Positions 27,450 through 32,409 of a DNA stretch of 32,409 nucleotides are shown in pieces; within the stretch, counting starts at the first letter, position 1; every line of letters starts with the position of its first letter. Source of the stretch: Chloroflexota bacterium. GTDB taxonomy: Bacteria > Chloroflexota > Anaerolineae > Anaerolineales > UBA11579. Both the position numbers and the translations under genes were made by a program. The stretch lies in NCBI GenBank assembly GCA_003250455.1, contig QKGK01000033.1, forward strand, positions 1 to 32,409, given 5' to 3'. The notes below the pieces were generated by a model, which was given only the letters and a program-made list of their open reading frames with translations, made no database searches and was not told where the DNA came from.

Positions 27450-29774
27450 TTGGAAGCTTATTGTGTAAAGTGTAAGAAAAAAAGAGAAATGCAGGACGCA
27501 AAGGCGGAGTTCACCGCCTCAGGTGCGCCGGGCACACGCGGCACCTGCCCGGTTTGCGGCACGACCATGTTCCGCATGGGGCGCACCGATGCGCACGCCA
27601 ACCTGACCCCGCCCGAACGGCCTGCCCGCAGTAATAAGCAAACCCAGCGCAAAGGCAACCTGGTGATCGTTGAATCCCCTGCCAAAGCGCGCACCATCGG
27701 CCGCTACCTGGGCAAAGGCTATCGCGTCGAGGCCTCGGTCGGGCATGTGCGCGACCTGCTGCGCTCGCAATTATCGGTTGATATAGAAAACGACTTTGAA
27801 CCTAAATACCGCGTCCCGAACGAGAAGCGGCCGGTGGTAAAAGAGCTGAAAAACTTGGCAGCCAAGGCTGAACAGATCTACCTGGCAACTGACCTCGACC
27901 GGGAAGGCGAAGCGATTGCCTGGCACTTAATGGAAGCCGCCGAGATCGAACCGGAACGCGCCAAGCGAGTGGTCTTCCACGAGATCACCAAACCCGCCAT
28001 CGAGGAAGCTTTTGCCCACCCGCGCGAGATTGATATGGACCTGGTGGACGCCCAACAGGCTCGCAGGATCCTGGACCGGCTGGTGGGATATTCTCTCAGC
28101 CCGATCCTGTGGCGCAAGGTGCGCAACCGGCTTTCTGCCGGGCGTGTGCAGTCGGTCGCGCTGCGGCTGGTCGTAGACCGCGAGCGTGAGATCGATGAAT
28201 TTGAGCCGGTAGAATACTGGACCATCGCCGCAGAACTGCGCCCCGAAGGCACCCAAAAGACCTTCATCGCCAAACTGAACAAAGTGGATGGCGAAAGTGT
28301 GGAGTTTGGCAGCGAAGAAGAAGTTCAGCCCGTTGTGGCAGATATGGAAAAAGCTGCCTACACGATCAAGAAGATCAAACGCGGCACCCGCAAACGCAAC
28401 GCCCCTGCCCCCTACACCACCAGCACCATGCAGCAGGAGGCATCCCGCCGGATGCGCTTCACTGCTCGCCGCACAATGGCCCTCGCCCAGCAGTTATATG
28501 AAGGCATCAGCATCGACGACCAGGAAACCGTCGGTCTGATCACCTATATGCGTACCGATTCCACCCATGTTTCGGAACTGGCGCAGAATGAAACCAGGGA
28601 ATATATCCGCAAAAAGCACGGCGCAAAGTTCCTCCCCCCGGAAGCACCGCAGTATACAACCAAGGCCAAAGGGGCACAGGAAGCTCACGAAGCCATCCGC
28701 CCCACCTCGGTGCTGCGCACGCCCAAGCAGATGAAAGCCTACCTCAGCAAAGACCAGTATCGCCTCTACCAGATGATCTGGCAGCGTTTTGTTGCCTCAC
28801 AGATGGAAGCGGCCGTCTTTGATACCCTGACCGTGGACATCAAAGGAAAAACAGACAGCCACAATTACAATCTGCGGGCCACTGGTTCTACCGTCCGCTT
28901 CCTGGGCTTTATGATCGTCTACGAAGAAACCAAAGGCGAATATGACCTCGACGAAAATGGCGATATTGCCAATATTCCGCCAGAACTGGAAGAAGGACAG
29001 CGCCAGCATCTGGTGCGGGTCATCCCGGAACAACATTTCACCCAGCCGCCGCCGCGTTTCAGTGAGGCTACCCTGGTGCGTGCCTTGGAAGAGAACGGCA
29101 TCGGACGGCCTTCCACCTATGCCCCCACACTCAGCACCCTGCAAAACCGGGGATATGTGTTCCGCGAAGGACGCCGCCTGATCCCCACCGAGACCGGGAT
29201 CATCGTCAACGACCTGCTGATGGAGCACTTCCCGGAAATTGTAGACCTGGGCTTCAGCGCCCGCATGGAAGAAGACCTGGACAAAATTGCCCACGAACAC
29301 ACCGACTGGATCGATGTCATCCGTGAGTTTTACGACCCCTTTGAACAGCAATTGGAAAAAGCCAACGAAGAAATGCCCGAAGTAAAGGCGGAACCTGAAT
29401 ACGTCGGCCGCACCTGCCCCGAATGTGGACAGGGCCAGCTGCTCATCCGTTGGGGACGCTTTGGCAAATTCATCAGCTGTGAACGCTTCCCGGAATGCCG
29501 TTATACCGAACCCTTCCTGGATAAAATAGGCGTTACCTGTCCCAAAGATGGCGGTGAGATAGTGGAACGGCGCACCCGCAAGGGACGCATCTTCTATGGC
29601 TGCTCCAATTACCCGGAATGCGACTTCACCTCCTGGAAGAGACCGCTGCCCACACCCTGCCCCAACTGCCAGGGCACCCTGGTGATCCAGAATTCAAAGC
29701 ATGCCCAATGCCTCGAATGTGAAACCAGCTATCCTCTCGAAGAGGTTCAGCCGGAAGAACAAACCGAAGGATAA
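27450..29774 (+). CDS. topA: DNA topoisomerase I with an extra N-terminal CxxC...CxxC zinc ribbon
   Basis: The 774-aa translation has TOPRIM LVIVESPAKARTIG, the active-site region around YMRTDST and three C-terminal Zn ribbons. The TTG start at 27450 is preceded by GGAGG (27439-27443) with a 6-nt spacer. Confidence 0.96.
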   Translation: MEAYCVKCKKKREMQDAKAEFTASGAPGTRGTCPVCGTTMFRMGRTDAHANLTPPERPARSNKQTQRKGNLVIVESPAKARTIGRYLGKGYRVEASVGHVRDLLRSQLSVDIENDFEPKYRVPNEKRPVVKELKNLAAKAEQIYLATDLDREGEAIAWHLMEAAEIEPERAKRVVFHEITKPAIEEAFAHPREIDMDLVDAQQARRILDRLVGYSLSPILWRKVRNRLSAGRVQSVALRLVVDREREIDEFEPVEYWTIAAELRPEGTQKTFIAKLNKVDGESVEFGSEEEVQPVVADMEKAAYTIKKIKRGTRKRNAPAPYTTSTMQQEASRRMRFTARRTMALAQQLYEGISIDDQETVGLITYMRTDSTHVSELAQNETREYIRKKHGAKFLPPEAPQYTTKAKGAQEAHEAIRPTSVLRTPKQMKAYLSKDQYRLYQMIWQRFVASQMEAAVFDTLTVDIKGKTDSHNYNLRATGSTVRFLGFMIVYEETKGEYDLDENGDIANIPPELEEGQRQHLVRVIPEQHFTQPPPRFSEATLVRALEENGIGRPSTYAPTLSTLQNRGYVFREGRRLIPTETGIIVNDLLMEHFPEIVDLGFSARMEEDLDKIAHEHTDWIDVIREFYDPFEQQLEKANEEMPEVKAEPEYVGRTCPECGQGQLLIRWGRFGKFISCERFPECRYTEPFLDKIGVTCPKDGGEIVERRTRKGRIFYGCSNYPECDFTSWKRPLPTPCPNCQGTLVIQNSKHAQCLECETSYPLEEVQPEEQTEG

Positions 29775-29831
29775 CCATTCACTGATCTATGGCATAAAGC
29801 TTGCACTGTTTTAATCGGGCTTGACATTTGG

Positions 29832-29860
29832 TTGCACAAATAGATACCCTGGTCTACAAT
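29832..29860 (+). promoter_or_regulatory. Candidate promoter (TTGCAC-17-TACAAT) for the 29966 gene
   Basis: TTGCAC is at 29832-29837 and TACAAT at 29855-29860. An overlapping TTGACA at 29821 has a poor -10. Confidence 0.4.
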
Positions 29861-29965
29861 TATTTCAAAGTAGTGGACCAAAGCAGTTTAGTTCATTAAA
29901 TCTGCTGGCCCTGCCGCAAGCATCATGATAAACGGCAAAACAGCGCATCTTTTTGGGAGTGTACG

Positions 29966-31093
29966 ATGGCTTTTGATAATATGGATTACGATTTTGAAGA
30001 AGAAGACGAGGTTTTTGAACAACCTCTGACATACGAAGAGGAAGAAGAACCTGCCTCTGGAGGGTCTCAATTCTCAGACCTGCTTGCCAAAGTCACCAGC
30101 AACCCCCTCTATGTGGGGATTGGCGCACTGGTCGTCGGCCTGCTGATCGGCCTGATCTTTGCCTGGGGAATCTGGCCCGTAAAATATGTGGATGCTTCCC
30201 CTTCCAACCTGCATCAGAATTTCCAATTGGATTGGATGCGCATGGTAGTGGATTCCTACAACCTGCGGCAGGATAATGCCCTGGCATCAGAACGGATCAG
30301 CGCCCTGGGTGAAAACAGCACAGAGGTACTTCAACTGCTGGTTGCCAACCCTGGCGACCAGGTCAGCCAATTGGCTTTGCAGAACTTCCTGAACCAATAT
30401 AACCCTGAAGCTGTTCCCCCCACAGACACGACTACCGATACAGGCACCGGGGAAGGTGAGGAAGCTGCACCCAGTTCCTCGCGCAACAGCACGATGCTCC
30501 TGCTGGCCTGTGCCATTTCCGGCGTGATCGCCATTGGGCTGGCTGCCTTCTACATCCTGCGGATGCGCAACCGCCAACCGGGCGGACAAACTGCTGCGGC
30601 ACGGGCGCAGGAATTCTCCCGCCAGGCCATGCAGACAGATTACGAAGCCATGGGCCAGGATACTCCTATTGCCCAGTGGATGACCACTTACCTGGTTGGC
30701 GACGATCTGTATGACGATTCCTTCAGCATCGACTCGCTCACCGGGGAGTTCCTGGGTGAATGCGGTGTAGGGATTGCCGATACCATCGGCGTGGGCGAAC
30801 CCAAACGTGTTTCTGCCTTTGAAGTCTGGCTGTTCGACAAGAACGATATCCAGACCGTTACGAAGGTGTTGATGAGCGGCCATGCGATGAACGACGAAAG
30901 CACCTACGCCCGCCTCGAAGCCAAGGGCGAACCCGTCCTGGCGACCCCCGGCGGGACCATCGAACTCGTGACCAAGACCCTGCGCATGGTTGTACGGGTG
31001 ATGGACATGGACTATGGCACCGGCCACCTGCCCGAGAACAGCTTCTTCCAGCGCGTTACACTGGAACTGGCGATCTGGTCTTACAACGGATAA
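29966..31093 (+). CDS. Hypothetical two-pass membrane protein with an acidic N-terminus and a C-terminal soluble domain of about 170 aa
   Basis: The 375-aa ORF has GGGAG 6 nt upstream of the ATG. TM helices are at about aa 57-79 and 177-199, separated by a Thr/Glu-rich linker. I recognise no family. Confidence 0.7.
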   Translation: MAFDNMDYDFEEEDEVFEQPLTYEEEEEPASGGSQFSDLLAKVTSNPLYVGIGALVVGLLIGLIFAWGIWPVKYVDASPSNLHQNFQLDWMRMVVDSYNLRQDNALASERISALGENSTEVLQLLVANPGDQVSQLALQNFLNQYNPEAVPPTDTTTDTGTGEGEEAAPSSSRNSTMLLLACAISGVIAIGLAAFYILRMRNRQPGGQTAAARAQEFSRQAMQTDYEAMGQDTPIAQWMTTYLVGDDLYDDSFSIDSLTGEFLGECGVGIADTIGVGEPKRVSAFEVWLFDKNDIQTVTKVLMSGHAMNDESTYARLEAKGEPVLATPGGTIELVTKTLRMVVRVMDMDYGTGHLPENSFFQRVTLELAIWSYNG

Positions 31094-31113
31094 CCACAAA
31101 CCTGATTAATGAA

Positions 31114-31141
31114 AACGCCCGGATTTACCGGGTGTTTTCTT
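31114..31141. terminator. Bidirectional terminator hairpin between convergent genes
   Basis: aacgcccgg (31114-31122) pairs with ccgggtgtt (31128-31136) in a 9-bp stem (one G-U pair), followed by ttct on the plus strand. An A-run precedes it, giving a U-run for the minus strand. Confidence 0.65.
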
Positions 31142-31146
31142 GTCGT

Positions 31147-31410
31147 TTAATCCAATATTTCTCGGATCAGATCAATGTTATTCCTGACCTGTTCCAGCCT
31201 CACCCAGGCCATCAGGTAAGCGATCCCGATCACCACTTCCAAACCGGAAACGATGACGATCGCCCTCCCCGTCAACTGACCGGTGAGCAGCAGGATCAAC
31301 TCGGCAATCAATGTCAGCCAAAAGATTCCCCCGAACACATACGCATCTCTCCGCCGCCCTTTCTGACGAATTTTAAGCAAATCCAGGTAATTCTCCAATT
31401 TATTAGCCAT
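31147..31410 (-). CDS. Small two-TM membrane protein (87 aa)
   Basis: The track ORF starts at a TTG at 31416. AGGAGG (31425-31420) sits 9 nt upstream of the ATG at 31410, so I prefer the start MANKLENYL... It has two hydrophobic helices and begins 21 nt after the upstream stop. Confidence 0.6.
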   Translation of the reverse strand: MANKLENYLDLLKIRQKGRRRDAYVFGGIFWLTLIAELILLLTGQLTGRAIVIVSGLEVVIGIAYLMAWVRLEQVRNNIDLIREILD

Positions 31411-31431
31411 TTCCAATTACCTCCTTTCACC

Positions 31432-32409
31432 CTATTCATGGAAACCAGCCATTTTCAGCACCCGCAGCGCACGGGTTGTTACCCATTTATTGGGCTGTTT
31501 CTTCTCCCCAAAATTGAACCAGATACGGTCGTTATAGTCAAAGTCCAACATCCAGCGGCCGTCTTCGTCCTGCTTCCCGAGGATATAGTCCAATGCGTTG
31601 GCCAGCCGCGGGTCCTTGCCATAGCCCAGCCGCACCAACGCTTCCACATTTTGCAGCATATCGGCAATGTAGAATACCGGAAAACCAAATTTCCACCAAT
31701 TTCGGCTGGGCTGCTTGCCATCCTTGGTGGGATATTTGGCGGTCACCGGGTCCACACGCAACAAAATCTCCACCCCGCGCTGGATAGCCCGTTCCATCAG
31801 CGGGGTGCGCTGCCCGGCAGGGAGATAGCTGAACGCCAGCATTTCCTTGATCCCGCCCCAGGCGCAGTCAAAATTCCCGTTGATCTTGCAGCCAAAACCC
31901 GGCCCGCTCTTGTATTGGTAGTAACGGATCGGTGAGGATTTGTCCTCCTGTGGGGCAACCCCCCCACCGGTGATGCTGCGGGCCATCCATTCAAAAGCCT
32001 GCTCCATGCGCGGATCATAGAACCCCACTGATAGCAAGGCTGTCAGCAGGTTGCCCTGCAGGCAGTCGATCGTCCCGGAAGGCGCTCCGGAACCGTATAC
32101 CGAGAACTGCCCATGAGCGGTCATTGCATTTTCCAGCAGATAATTACAGCCAGTTTTTATACGCGCATCCATGGAAACGGTAGCTCCCGTCTGCCCCAGC
32201 ATGATCAACGCCCAGACGGTGCTGCGGTATTTACGCGAATACCCATGCCCCGGCTTGACCCAGAAACCGGACACATCCATCTGGTCCAGCACCGCCGCAA
32301 TCGGCCCGTCCCGGTGAGCAGCCTGCATTGCTTTTTGCAAGACCGGGTCTTCAGCCGGGAGGTCTTCCAGATCCCGCAAGGCTAGGTAACGCACGCCCGG
32401 ATCGGATTC
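31432..32409 (-). CDS. Alpha/alpha-toroid (prenyltransferase / squalene-cyclase-repeat-like) protein, probably 5'-truncated by the window edge
   Basis: The translation has repeat-like motifs (GGF-type, QDEDGRWMLD, NWWKFGFPVFY). The frame stays open from the GTG at 32394 to the window end (ESDPG upstream), so the true start may lie outside. The function call is by resemblance only. Confidence 0.65.
   Translation of the reverse strand, partial: ESDPGVRYLALRDLEDLPAEDPVLQKAMQAAHRDGPIAAVLDQMDVSGFWVKPGHGYSRKYRSTVWALIMLGQTGATVSMDARIKTGCNYLLENAMTAHGQFSVYGSGAPSGTIDCLQGNLLTALLSVGFYDPRMEQAFEWMARSITGGGVAPQEDKSSPIRYYQYKSGPGFGCKINGNFDCAWGGIKEMLAFSYLPAGQRTPLMERAIQRGVEILLRVDPVTAKYPTKDGKQPSRNWWKFGFPVFYIADMLQNVEALVRLGYGKDPRLANALDYILGKQDEDGRWMLDFDYNDRIWFNFGEKKQPNKWVTTRALRVLKMAGFHE

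Overview
The window is mostly core chromosome at mid-to-high G+C, with 26 protein genes and one tRNA. By eye the protein sequences look Chloroflexota/Anaerolineae-like, but that is only a guess. Left to right: modB/modA (minus), a TetR-led three-gene unit, a dienelactone hydrolase, a visibly AT-rich islet with one orphan gene abutting tRNA-Ser(CGA), lon, folC, and a stand-alone rpoC with its own promoter and long leader. Then come gyrA, an HD-hydrolase/SanA-like pair, phnDCE (minus), ffh-rpsP-KH-rimM, dprA, a mannose-1-P guanylyltransferase, topA, and three poorly characterised genes at the right edge. I found no CRISPR array, transposase, integrase or recognisable multi-gene defence system. 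The best accessory or novel candidate is the AT-rich orphan gene at 3612-4313. It carries a PD-(D/E)xK-like signature and sits next to a 15-nt duplicate of the tRNA-Ser 3' end, which looks like an integration scar. Other points worth a second look are lineage-specific additions to housekeeping proteins: a codon-scrambled basic TRKTS repeat tail on GyrA, an N-terminal zinc ribbon on TopA, a coiled-coil insertion in RpoC, a greatly expanded PhnE and an extended S16. Several structured non-coding regions also stand out: the rpoC leader with a terminator-like hairpin, the ffh-rpsP spacer, and a TetR operator palindrome. Many long ORFs in the track are antisense shadows of the real genes and were rejected. 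All homology calls come from reading the translations, and no database search was run.
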